Positions 29,349 through 37,929 of a DNA stretch of 54,134 nucleotides are shown here, piece after piece. The notes beneath the pieces are model-generated. The model made no database searches. It was not told the DNA's origin and saw only the letters and a list, made by a program, of their open reading frames with translations. The DNA comes from a virus. Taxonomy: Duplodnaviria > Caudoviricetes. The DNA lies in the IMG/VR virus record IMGVR_UViG_3300027749_003795, positions 1 to 54,134 of that record; one strand, 5' to 3'. Position 1 is the stretch's first letter. Every line of letters starts with the position of its first letter. Made by a program: the position numbers and the translations under genes.

Positions 29349-29441
29349 AAAATTTTACCAACGATGTAGGAATATTGAAAAAAAGAACTTAACTGATTGT
29401 ATACTATGCATAAATAGTTAGTAATTAATTTTTTCAACTAT

Positions 29442-30416
29442 ATGACACTACCGCTATATCCTACTTCATTAGCTTTTAGCCAGATTCAGGGAGAGTTCGG
29501 AGGTGGTGGTGACATCAGCCTAAGTGAATACTATGCCGGTGCTGCTAATAATTATGTGCCGGCAGGAACTCAGGGTTTTATACCATTGACAACCAGACAA
29601 TCTGTAGCTATAAATATACCAAGTTCTGGTCCAATAAGTGTAATCAAATTTTTCGGAGCCAGACAGAAAGAAGCTGCTGGTTCACAATTCTTTTATGCGT
29701 CTGGTACGTTTACTGGAAAATATGGTTATACAGCAATAACCCTAGAATGGTATGACAATGATGGATACCATGCTGTAACCTATGCAACAACCCCAGGTAC
29801 ATCTTATGATGTTACCATAGGTGGTGCAGGTGCTGCTAGTTCATTTGGTACACAAAATACTGGTGCTTTTGATAAAAGTGTTTTCAATGTTTGGAGTCGA
29901 GTTGATGCCGTTTCTTATCCCAGAACTACAATTTATAATGGTTTATCAGCGGCTTACAACTTTCGGGTAGGAACACAAACTCCCGTTATAGGGGGTTTTA
30001 GTACTTTTAATTATAATGGCAGTACGTACAATAATACAATGTATTCTACCGATGCGCTGCCTGCGGGTTACGACAAAAATAATAATTATTATCCTGCTGA
30101 ACCAAGACACGGATCATTAAGTGAGTATTTTAGTGACCAGTTTGGAATCTATTTTACTAATGACTACGAAGCCTATCATGGACAATTGTATCATAGTGCT
30201 GGTATTACTACTTTTCCATCTACAGTGGCCTATAACGGAGGTGTATATTTAAGTTATAATAGTTCTTACAGTGGCCAGGGTATAAGTATTGATACTTGGG
30301 ATGTTCTGACTGGTGATTTACGTATGGCGTTCGGCGAGTCTAACCCCGGCGAACGCGATATGCAAGGAGTAGTAAACTATAGACAGCCGGTTTGGATTAA
30401 AGCAAGTTGGGGATAA
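29442..30416 (+). CDS. Putative fibre-tip/adhesin-like virion protein
   Basis: N-terminal SQIQGEFGG...ISLSEYY...IPSSGPIS...F.G module; Y/G/S/N-rich C-terminus; TAAATA upstream. Confidence 0.55.
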   Translation: MTLPLYPTSLAFSQIQGEFGGGGDISLSEYYAGAANNYVPAGTQGFIPLTTRQSVAINIPSSGPISVIKFFGARQKEAAGSQFFYASGTFTGKYGYTAITLEWYDNDGYHAVTYATTPGTSYDVTIGGAGAASSFGTQNTGAFDKSVFNVWSRVDAVSYPRTTIYNGLSAAYNFRVGTQTPVIGGFSTFNYNGSTYNNTMYSTDALPAGYDKNNNYYPAEPRHGSLSEYFSDQFGIYFTNDYEAYHGQLYHSAGITTFPSTVAYNGGVYLSYNSSYSGQGISIDTWDVLTGDLRMAFGESNPGERDMQGVVNYRQPVWIKASWG

Positions 30417-30419
30417 AAT

Positions 30420-30839
30420 ATGACAACAAATGAATCAAATATAGATATTGAAGATATTCATTATCAAGCCAGACTAGAACAACATTTAAATCAAAACCCT
30501 TTATTTGAAGAACGTGTTAAAATTATTAAAGAGTTACCTACTAATGTTATTCATGATGAAGTTGAAGAAATATATTTAAGTTATCAACAATCAAATAAAT
30601 TAAGTCAAGATGGATATTATATTGAAACCAGTAAAGTACTTGACTCTAGTATAAGAGTTGAGGTTAGAAATGGTACAATAAATTGTTATTATTTTGATGG
30701 TCAATTTGTTGCAGGTCACGGAGCAATAAGTGAAAAAAAAGATATGGTTTCAAATGCACCACCTTTAAAGTATTCTTCACTTAACTATTCAGGCAATATG
30801 GTTAATGATCCATCTACAACAAAAGTTAGGAATATATAA
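30420..30839 (+). CDS. Hypothetical protein
   Basis: 139-aa ORF in operon. Confidence 0.65.
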   Translation: MTTNESNIDIEDIHYQARLEQHLNQNPLFEERVKIIKELPTNVIHDEVEEIYLSYQQSNKLSQDGYYIETSKVLDSSIRVEVRNGTINCYYFDGQFVAGHGAISEKKDMVSNAPPLKYSSLNYSGNMVNDPSTTKVRNI

Positions 30840-30841
30840 AA

Positions 30842-31372
30842 ATGACACGTACTGTTAAAGTAGCAAATGCATTTTCAAATTTAAAGTTATCGGTAATTGA
30901 AACGATATATTCATCCGCTGGTGAAGTTTTTGAATCTACTTTTTCAAATCCCATTTTAGAAAATGGCAATATTAAGACTTTTACTTTTAAAGGTGGTAAA
31001 AAGATTGAATTCCCAGATACAGAACAAACAACGGAAGTATATTATGCACCTTCGTTAATAGCGCCTGGTCCAATAATTGCAGGCAAAAAACACTTTAGAG
31101 TTACAATTTTACAAGATGATACTCGTGATTATTGTGTACAAACGTTAATAGCAACTTATTCACTTAATGCATCAATTACGGATATAGCCGCAGGAAACTC
31201 TTCAGATATTACTAAGGGATGTTTAATTTACATACATGGTACAAGGTACACACTAAATGATATAATTTGCACAGAAAGTGAGCTATTTGCTTTAGAGAAT
31301 AATGATGCCAAAATTACTGCAACAGATTCTTGCAAAGTTTATATATTCAGAGCAATATTAAAAGATTATTAA
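30842..31372 (+). CDS. Hypothetical beta-rich protein
   Basis: 176-aa ORF in operon. Confidence 0.65.
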   Translation: MTRTVKVANAFSNLKLSVIETIYSSAGEVFESTFSNPILENGNIKTFTFKGGKKIEFPDTEQTTEVYYAPSLIAPGPIIAGKKHFRVTILQDDTRDYCVQTLIATYSLNASITDIAAGNSSDITKGCLIYIHGTRYTLNDIICTESELFALENNDAKITATDSCKVYIFRAILKDY

Positions 31373-31373
31373 A

Positions 31374-31481
31374 ATGTTACTTACATTATTTGCTATATGG
31401 CAGTTTATTAAACTGTATATAGGAGTGCGACTATATAAATTTTTTAAAGTAAAATATATAACTTATAAGACAATAAAATGA
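31374..31481 (+). CDS. Possible 35-aa hydrophobic/basic peptide
   Basis: Hand translation MLLTLFAIWQFIKLYIGVRLYKFFKVKYITYKTIK; fills the gap and has an ATGA overlap with the next gene. Confidence 0.3.
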   Translation: MLLTLFAIWQFIKLYIGVRLYKFFKVKYITYKTIK

Positions 31482-32410
31482 AAATTGAATATAAATCACA
31501 ACCATTAAAACAAAACTGGGATCAAGTGTTACCAAAATATTGGTTTGATAATAGTCCATTTAAAACTCATTTTATGAATGCACTTAGTATAATGATACCT
31601 GTTTCTGAATTGGTAGTAATTCATACATTAAAAGAAACACAGAAACATTTACAAGATACTGAATTAAAAAATCAAATCAATGATATGATTGCTCAAGAAA
31701 ACTGGCATAGTTATTCACATAAAAAGTATAATTTTTGGTTGGAAAGTATTGATTTGCCTTCTTTTGAATTATCTTCAAAATGGTTAGTTAATTTAACAAA
31801 TGCTAAAAAAAGAGCAGATAAATTATTAGGACCTGTTTTTTGGCTTCCAGTAATTGTTGCTGGTGAACATACCGCAGTTTGTTTTTTAGAATACATATTA
31901 GAGCGTCCTTATCTACTAGAACAGATGCATCCACATTTTAGACAAGCATGGGTATGGCACAGTCTAGAAGAACTTGAACATAAAGGTACTTCCATGGATA
32001 TGTGGATTGATACTAAAGAAAAATTTAATCGAAAAAAATGGAAACTCAACCTGGCTCATATTATTCAAGGTATTAGATTTCACTCAACTGTTATACAATA
32101 TACATTTACTTTTTTAAATAGAGACAAACAACTGTGGAAATGGCGTACTCTTAAAGATGGTATGAGTTTCTTTTTTGGACTTGATGGTTTATTTTGGAAA
32201 ACTGTAGTACCTTGGTGTTCATTGTTTAAAACAGATTTTCATCCTTGGAATCATGACACCAGGTATTTGTTTGATCGTCATCAAAAGATTTTTGAAATTT
32301 CAAATATTTCATCAGAAAGATTAAAAGAAATCGAAGAGGACTTTCATGGATGTGTTGCTGATATGGAAACTATTATTGCACAAAATAATACCAAAGTAAC
32401 TGTGATATAA
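31478..32410 (+). CDS. Predicted metal-dependent hydrolase family protein (ferritin-like di-metal)
   Basis: PKYWF.NSPF.THFMNALS..P..E; QE..H...H; EH.A; WH..EE.EHK; FHPW.HD. Confidence 0.8.
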   Translation: MKIEYKSQPLKQNWDQVLPKYWFDNSPFKTHFMNALSIMIPVSELVVIHTLKETQKHLQDTELKNQINDMIAQENWHSYSHKKYNFWLESIDLPSFELSSKWLVNLTNAKKRADKLLGPVFWLPVIVAGEHTAVCFLEYILERPYLLEQMHPHFRQAWVWHSLEELEHKGTSMDMWIDTKEKFNRKKWKLNLAHIIQGIRFHSTVIQYTFTFLNRDKQLWKWRTLKDGMSFFFGLDGLFWKTVVPWCSLFKTDFHPWNHDTRYLFDRHQKIFEISNISSERLKEIEEDFHGCVADMETIIAQNNTKVTVI

Positions 32411-32413
32411 AAA

Positions 32414-32998
32414 ATGTCATTTTATCATAAAATAAAAAATTATTTAAGTCCTACTCCATTACATATTGAAGAACCATTCCTTTGGAAATATGTTGATATT
32501 GATAGTGAATTAGTTGATGAAATTAAAGATATATATCTAAAAAAATTAAAAAAGAACTTACAAGATTATGAATTTTTTCAGATACTAAAAATTAAAATAC
32601 CAAATGTTGGAGGTCAAAAAGTAATAGGTGCAGGCCTTGCGGTATCAAAGGGTAATTATATACAGAAATATTGTCACAAGGATACCATAGATACTAATGC
32701 TTCTTATTATGCTTTAAACATTCCACTTCAAAATTGTGAAACCAGTGAAACGAATTTATATAATATTAAAAAAAATAAGTCAGTTTTATATAGTTTATAT
32801 GGCAGAACAATGCCGGGTGCTAGTATGGCCGAAATTGCAAAAGTTGTCGAGTGTGATGTGATTGCAACTTATACATTAGATCGACCTTTAATATTCAATA
32901 CTCAAATCTTTCATTCTGTAAATAATTTCAGTTTTGAAACTAGGTTAGCTATCAGTCTAAGATTTGATAACAGTGTAACACCTGATACTTTTAATTAA
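32414..32998 (+). CDS. Cupin/2OG-oxygenase-like protein
   Basis: HKD...ALNIPL.N...P.IFNT...HSV.N...R.AISLRF. Confidence 0.5.
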   Translation: MSFYHKIKNYLSPTPLHIEEPFLWKYVDIDSELVDEIKDIYLKKLKKNLQDYEFFQILKIKIPNVGGQKVIGAGLAVSKGNYIQKYCHKDTIDTNASYYALNIPLQNCETSETNLYNIKKNKSVLYSLYGRTMPGASMAEIAKVVECDVIATYTLDRPLIFNTQIFHSVNNFSFETRLAISLRFDNSVTPDTFN

Positions 32999-33018
32999 AG
33001 ACGTGAATCCTATTTTTG

Positions 33019-33047
33019 TTGACAAACTTAAAGAATAAATATATACT
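33019..33047 (+). promoter_or_regulatory. sigma70-type promoter of the tmRNA, with an embedded TAAATA
   Basis: TTGACA-N17-TATACT. Confidence 0.8.
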
Positions 33048-33053
33048 GTAAGC

Positions 33054-33342
33054 AATAGTTGTAATTCCTTCAAAGAGGATGTGTTCAAGAAGCCGGTTCG
33101 AATCCGGCCAGGTCCACCATAAGAACATAAATTTACTATGGTATTCCGTATAAATTTACTTTGGTATTGTGTTTTTATGATGGGCCTGCTCTGGTAATCG
33201 ATTGGGCAAATAGTCAGCGACGGCAACTCGGTAGGCGATGACCGTTAATCAAGCAAATCAAACTAAAGGCAAACGACGAGTTATATTCCATGGCCGCTTA
33301 GGCTTTGGTGAGGTAGGAAATACCTTATTACCAAAACAACCA
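33054..33342 (+). ncRNA. ssrA: Circularly permuted (two-piece) tmRNA, tag ANDELYSMAA
   Basis: T-arm GCCGG-TTCGAAT-CCGGC plus CAGGTCC-ACCA (ends 33119) precedes GGGCCTG (33182), giving an acceptor stem with G3:U; tag frame 33269-33301; outer ends approximate. Confidence 0.92.
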
Positions 33343-33368
33343 GAACCCGCTTCGGCGGGTTTCTTTTT
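33343..33368 (+). terminator. Intrinsic terminator after the tmRNA
   Basis: GAACCCGC-TTCG-GCGGGTTT followed by a T-run. Confidence 0.9.
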
Positions 33369-33410
33369 GATTCTTGTAAACTTTTTGTTGTGCTACCGCG
33401 TTATATATAT

Positions 33411-33578
33411 ATGCAAGACAAAAAACAACTTGACTACGATAAACCGGTAGAGGATAAAACTGAACCGTTTTTGGAACAATATTTGCCCACTAGTTATGAT
33501 TGGAGATTATCCAATTGTGATGAAAGGCGATCTGGACCATGTCGTCGAGTTGATAATGTCAAGCATAAATTTCATTAA
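33411..33578 (+). CDS. Small hypothetical protein
   Basis: ATG at 33411 within an ORF-track frame; no clear RBS. Confidence 0.4.
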   Translation: MQDKKQLDYDKPVEDKTEPFLEQYLPTSYDWRLSNCDERRSGPCRRVDNVKHKFH

Positions 33579-33596
33579 CTCTAAAGGAAACTTCAA

Positions 33597-33848
33597 ATGA
33601 AAACAATCGCTACTCTTATCGCTACTTTGGTAGCAACCGCTGCTTTCGCCACTGAGCCTGCTAAGACTGCTACACCTGCTGCTGCTCCAGCACCTGCTGC
33701 TAGTGCCGCTGCTGCTCCAGCCAAGTGTGATCCTGCTAAAGACAAACATTGCAAAGTAGAGGCTAAGAAAGCCGAGGCAACGCCTGTCAAAAGTGAAGCA
33801 CCTGCTACCAAGGACGCAGCAAAGACAACTGAGCCTGCAAAGAAGTAA
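33597..33848 (+). CDS. Secreted Ala/Pro/Lys-rich low-complexity protein with a Cys pair
   Basis: AAGGA RBS; signal peptide ending AFA; CDPAKDKHC. Confidence 0.75.
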   Translation: MKTIATLIATLVATAAFATEPAKTATPAAAPAPAASAAAAPAKCDPAKDKHCKVEAKKAEATPVKSEAPATKDAAKTTEPAKK

Positions 33849-34062
33849 TTCATCCGAATTGGATGATGACGACGATGATGCACTTGAGGACTTTCCAGAT
33901 CTTCAGATCGCATATCGTCGTCCAACTCTAATTCCATGTGATGATCGATGTCATAATCAAGATGATGAGTTATCTGATTATGTATTAGTAAGATTAGCCA
34001 TTGCTCGTGCAAAGGCCATGGACCGTTATCGTGAGATAAACACCGAGGAAAAAGGCTATTAA
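33793..34062 (+). CDS. Hypothetical protein (start uncertain)
   Basis: Fills the gap before a terminator; acidic tract; LSDYV.VRLAIARAKA. Confidence 0.45.
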   Translation: MKHLLPRTQQRQLSLQRSNSSELDDDDDDALEDFPDLQIAYRRPTLIPCDDRCHNQDDELSDYVLVRLAIARAKAMDRYREINTEEKGY

Positions 34063-34075
34063 CTTAGCCTTTTTT
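34049..34075 (+). terminator. Intrinsic terminator, possibly bidirectional
   Basis: AAAAAGGCTA/TAGCCTTTTT. Confidence 0.75.
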
Positions 34076-34076
34076 C

Positions 34077-34105
34077 TTGACCTCTGTCTAAAAGAGATAT
34101 ATAAT
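34077..34105 (+). promoter_or_regulatory. sigma70-type promoter of the porin gene
   Basis: TTGACC-N17-TATAAT. Confidence 0.75.
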
Positions 34106-34148
34106 ATAGTATGGTCAATTGGCTATATAAAACTTAAGGAAATTTAAT

Positions 34149-35036
34149 ATGAAAAAACTTGCAATATTTGCATTATCAATCGGTCTTATGGGATTCGCCC
34201 AAGCCGATGTCTCCGTTTACGGAATGGCTCGTGTCTATGAAGAATCATCTACTGTTGGCACAGCAGCATCTGTAACATCTTTAACCAATGACAAAAGTCG
34301 TATCGGCTTCAAAGCATCTGATGCTATCGGTAATGGGTTAACAGCATTTGCCGTTGTTGAAACCAATGTTGGTGTAGATGCTCCAGCGGCCAGTAGCCTT
34401 GGTGATCGTACTGCCGTTGTTGGACTATCACACAAGATGGGATCAATTGGTTTTGGACGTGACAAAACTGCTCTAACTAAATCACTTGACGGCTTTGATG
34501 CTATGGGTGGTGATTTGTTTGGATCTAGTGCGGCCGCTATCCATTCTTATCAAGGAACACGTTTAAGCAATGCAGTATTTGTATCTGCCCCAATTGTTCA
34601 GGGACTTACAGGTAATTATGTAATGTCTAACAGTGAAGTTGCCGGAACTGCAAATCCTCAGTCTCTCAGCCTAGTATATTCTACAGGCCCTGTAGGTGTT
34701 ACTTATGCTCGCTTTGACAATGGTTCAACCAGCGTAAGCGATGCAATTGGTGCTAAGTTTGAAATTGCTAAAACAGGTACAACTGTTTTTGGTCTATATT
34801 CTGACAATAAAGTAGCTAATGTAACCAGTCAAGGTAAGAGCATGGGTGTTACTCAAACTGTAACTCCAGCTCTATCCGCAATGGCCAGTTATGGTGAGAA
34901 CGGTGGTCTTAAGGCTTATAACCTAGGTGCTAATTATGCACTAGGTAAAAGTACTAAAGTATTGGCTCGTTACTTGAAAGAGACAGCAGCCACAGATACC
35001 ACACGTTATGGTGTTGGTCTAGAATACAATTTCTAA
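34149..35036 (+). CDS. Gram-negative porin (betaproteobacterial type)
   Basis: Signal peptide AQA; V.VYG...SRIGFK...GNGL.A...E; YNLGANYAL.K.T; C-terminal GVGLEYNF beta-signal. Confidence 0.9.
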   Translation: MKKLAIFALSIGLMGFAQADVSVYGMARVYEESSTVGTAASVTSLTNDKSRIGFKASDAIGNGLTAFAVVETNVGVDAPAASSLGDRTAVVGLSHKMGSIGFGRDKTALTKSLDGFDAMGGDLFGSSAAAIHSYQGTRLSNAVFVSAPIVQGLTGNYVMSNSEVAGTANPQSLSLVYSTGPVGVTYARFDNGSTSVSDAIGAKFEIAKTGTTVFGLYSDNKVANVTSQGKSMGVTQTVTPALSAMASYGENGGLKAYNLGANYALGKSTKVLARYLKETAATDTTRYGVGLEYNF

Positions 35037-35055
35037 TCCAAATTAGATTTGTAAG

Positions 35056-35081
35056 TAAGGCCCTTCGGGGCCTTATCTTTT
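35056..35081 (+). terminator. Intrinsic terminator
   Basis: TAAGGCCC-TTCG-GGGCCTTA-TCTTTT. Confidence 0.85.
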
Positions 35082-35094
35082 GGTAAAATATTAG

Positions 35095-35123
35095 TTGACT
35101 TTATATTGGAATTACCGTATAAT
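35095..35123 (+). promoter_or_regulatory. sigma70-type promoter
   Basis: TTGACT-N17-TATAAT. Confidence 0.75.
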
Positions 35124-35149
35124 AATAACTTATCAACTAAGGAGTTATT

Positions 35150-35464
35150 ATGTCCGCAGAACTTACTATGAAAGCACTTGGTCAATTTTGTATAGAATCC
35201 TCCGGAGACTTTATGAAATGGAAAGGTAATAAAAGTATATATCATTGGAATCGTGGACGTGATACAGCATCCGGCGAGATTAATGGTGTGGTTCGAAAAC
35301 TTGCAGGTATTGATGCCACTGGTTTACAAATTTGGGTCGTTGCTGGTAGTTTTAAAATTTCTCCAAATGGTACTATCTTACGTTTTACTGGATTGACCAA
35401 AGAAAACTGGCGTGCAGTTGAACAACAGTCATTGCAAACTTCCGACCTTAAAGAAGTAGCATAA
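35150..35464 (+). CDS. Hypothetical protein
   Basis: AAGGAG RBS; own promoter. Confidence 0.75.
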   Translation: MSAELTMKALGQFCIESSGDFMKWKGNKSIYHWNRGRDTASGEINGVVRKLAGIDATGLQIWVVAGSFKISPNGTILRFTGLTKENWRAVEQQSLQTSDLKEVA

Positions 35465-35856
35465 TGTCTATGCACCTATGTGGTCCTGCCTTGACCACGA
35501 CTGGAAAAAAGCGAGGCAAATTTAAATTCCGTAATGCTGCTGAGGCTCAACGTGCTCGTGAACTTGATGCTGATTGGAAAGAACTTCTTAAACGACAAGG
35601 TGTTGAACAAGAAGATCGTCGTCGTCGACGTGCTATGTCTGCTGAGCCATTGGTGTATAAACTTGAGACACCTATTGGTCGTACTAACACTAAACATATA
35701 CCTAGTCTTAATACAGGTGCTGGTGTAGCAGTATTAGCACCTGCTAAAGTATATACCGGAACTAAAGTGAAAGGTATTGCCACTATGCATAAAAGTAATG
35801 CGGTACCAGTTTTCAGCGACGAAGAAGCAATTGACATTTCAAGGATGAGAAGATGA
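35464..35856 (+). CDS. Basic hypothetical phage protein
   Basis: TAATG coupling; YTGT..KGIATMHKSNAVPVF...A.DIS.MRR C-terminus. Confidence 0.75.
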   Translation: MSMHLCGPALTTTGKKRGKFKFRNAAEAQRARELDADWKELLKRQGVEQEDRRRRRAMSAEPLVYKLETPIGRTNTKHIPSLNTGAGVAVLAPAKVYTGTKVKGIATMHKSNAVPVFSDEEAIDISRMRR

Positions 35857-36392
35857 AATTTAATATTAATTGGACTATTATTCCTACACATACCATAGAC
35901 ATAGGAAATTTATATGTACCTTATGACATTTCCAGGATAATGAAATCACATAAAATTGACAAGTATCTTTATCAGGTTATGTTTAAGGATATTGTTATTA
36001 AGTATGGAATGAGTGCAGATAACTCTCGTGATTACGGAGAACGCATATATAGACAAATTGGTCATAGTCGTAGTTGGGGCGAGGATAGACTAAGTGGTTC
36101 AAGTGGTGCTGACTGGCGAATTATTGAAGAAGATTTTAATAATTTATATAAAATTGATATTGACAAAAACTTTATTAAAATTAAAGTATGGAATGTTTCA
36201 AAGTATCCTTTCCAAACAATAAATTCTAGAAATGAAATTATTGATATGGAGAATCAGCTGATTCAACAATATGTCGATGTTGTAGGGAAAAAACCTATTG
36301 GAAATATCAACGACGAGGCTAATATTATTAAGAGAGCGTTTATTAAAACCGATACTTGGGACGGTCTTTTTGACGTTGAAAATATCCGATAA
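35853..36392 (+). CDS. Hypothetical protein, weakly GIY-YIG-like
   Basis: YLY...IKYGMS...GERIY...E..LI..Y......P.GN. Confidence 0.55.
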   Translation: MKFNINWTIIPTHTIDIGNLYVPYDISRIMKSHKIDKYLYQVMFKDIVIKYGMSADNSRDYGERIYRQIGHSRSWGEDRLSGSSGADWRIIEEDFNNLYKIDIDKNFIKIKVWNVSKYPFQTINSRNEIIDMENQLIQQYVDVVGKKPIGNINDEANIIKRAFIKTDTWDGLFDVENIR

Positions 36393-36400
36393 ATATTCTT

Positions 36401-37534
36401 ATGAAACCAACACTAAACGAAAAATTTATAGCATATCTAACTTTACTAAGCGGATTATCTTTATCAGCAGTAGCAGTCTACTATAGTGTAGTAGGCCTTA
36501 CTGCTATATTCGCCGCCGCTGTGATTCCTATTATCATTATGGGAACCACATTAGAAATTAGTAAGTTAGTGGCCACAATCTGGCTCAAACAAAACTGGAA
36601 TACTGCTCCATTACTAATTAAGACATATCTCTTTACTGCAATTGTGGTATTGATGATTATTACCAGCATGGGTATATTTGGATTCCTCAGTAAGGCACAT
36701 AGTGATCAAAATTTAGTCAGTGGTGATGTATTGGCTAAGATTGCAGTCTATGATGAAAAGATTAAAACTAGTAAAGAAAATATTGATGTCAACCGCAAAC
36801 AACTTAAACAGATGGATGAGGCTGTGGATCAAGTTATGGGTCGAAGTGCAGATGAAAAAGGTGCCGACAAAGCAGTTGCACTACGACGAGGGCAAGCTAA
36901 GGATCGTGCAAGACTGCTTCAGGACATTGACGTTGAACAAAAAACAATTAGCAGTCTTAATGAAGAACGGGCCCCTATTGCCGCAGAAGTACGTAAGGTG
37001 GAAGCAGAAGTAGGACCAATCAAGTATATAGCAGCTTTCTTTTATGGTAGTACTGATACTAGTATTTTAGAGAAAGCAGTTACATGGGTTATTATTACAT
37101 TGATTGTGGTATTTGATCCACTAGCAGTTATACTATTGTTAGCTAGTCAAATAAGTTTTCAAGAGTTTAGAGAACGAGAAAACAAAATTGCGGAGGGTGA
37201 CAGCCCCAGAGAGACCACCGTTGTTGTAGACACAGAGCCGCTTACTGTCACAGAACATAAAGAAGAACAGCCACCACAAGTTGTTGCCGATGTACCCATA
37301 CCCGAGCCAGTTACTATTCAAATAAAAGAAACCGAAGGATATGTTCAAAATGAAGAACAAAAAGAAAGTGGTGTTTGGACCAGTACAATTACTCAATCAG
37401 AATATGCCGAAGTAAGCGAAGAAAGAAAAAAAGAAATGATAGTAAATCAATGGGCTGATCGCTTGAGAAATAAAGATGTCAGCGAACATCATATTCCAGT
37501 TGATATATTAGAAGCAGTCAAGGCAAAAGTATAA
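36401..37534 (+). CDS. Membrane protein with a coiled-coil
   Basis: Three N-terminal hydrophobic helices, coiled coil, VFDPLAV helix; ATG 5 nt after TAAATA. Confidence 0.75.
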   Translation: MKPTLNEKFIAYLTLLSGLSLSAVAVYYSVVGLTAIFAAAVIPIIIMGTTLEISKLVATIWLKQNWNTAPLLIKTYLFTAIVVLMIITSMGIFGFLSKAHSDQNLVSGDVLAKIAVYDEKIKTSKENIDVNRKQLKQMDEAVDQVMGRSADEKGADKAVALRRGQAKDRARLLQDIDVEQKTISSLNEERAPIAAEVRKVEAEVGPIKYIAAFFYGSTDTSILEKAVTWVIITLIVVFDPLAVILLLASQISFQEFRERENKIAEGDSPRETTVVVDTEPLTVTEHKEEQPPQVVADVPIPEPVTIQIKETEGYVQNEEQKESGVWTSTITQSEYAEVSEERKKEMIVNQWADRLRNKDVSEHHIPVDILEAVKAKV

Positions 37535-37929
37535 TGGAAGGCAAGATAACACTTATTACGCCCCCGGACGTTTTTGAAAACGAATCTTATAGCATTCTTT
37601 TTATACATTTAAGTGAGGCAGATCAAGAGTCTGTTAGTCGTTGGTTATCAACTACTGATATAAAAGAAAATATTAATATATATTTTTATTCCGGAGAAAA
37701 CGATTTAACATGGTTTTTTCATGCTATGGCCATCTCCGAATATAAGTACATTAACCTAGATGGATTAAATAACATTAGCTCTATTTTAAATGGTTATATA
37801 TTAGGTAAGAAAAATACTTATTATAAAACTTCCGATGAAAATGTATCAGCAGTTTGTCATTATATTAATCAAAATAGAATCACTGATATAGAATCATTCT
37901 TAAAGAAAGCATTTAATGACAAAACTTAA
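37534..37929 (+). CDS. Hypothetical protein
   Basis: TAATG coupling. Confidence 0.7.
   Translation: MEGKITLITPPDVFENESYSILFIHLSEADQESVSRWLSTTDIKENINIYFYSGENDLTWFFHAMAISEYKYINLDGLNNISSILNGYILGKKNTYYKTSDENVSAVCHYINQNRITDIESFLKKAFNDKT

Noticed and set aside
33092-33119. tRNA gene suggested by a T-arm and CCA
   Set aside because: No upstream D or anticodon arm; the matching 5' acceptor strand lies downstream, so it belongs to the permuted tmRNA.
32957-33450. ORFs 32957..33226 (-) and 33238..33450 (+)
   Set aside because: They overlap the tmRNA and its terminator and lack an RBS.
33593-34012. Minus-strand ORFs opposite 33597
   Set aside because: Antisense shadows; the plus-strand gene has an RBS and a signal peptide.
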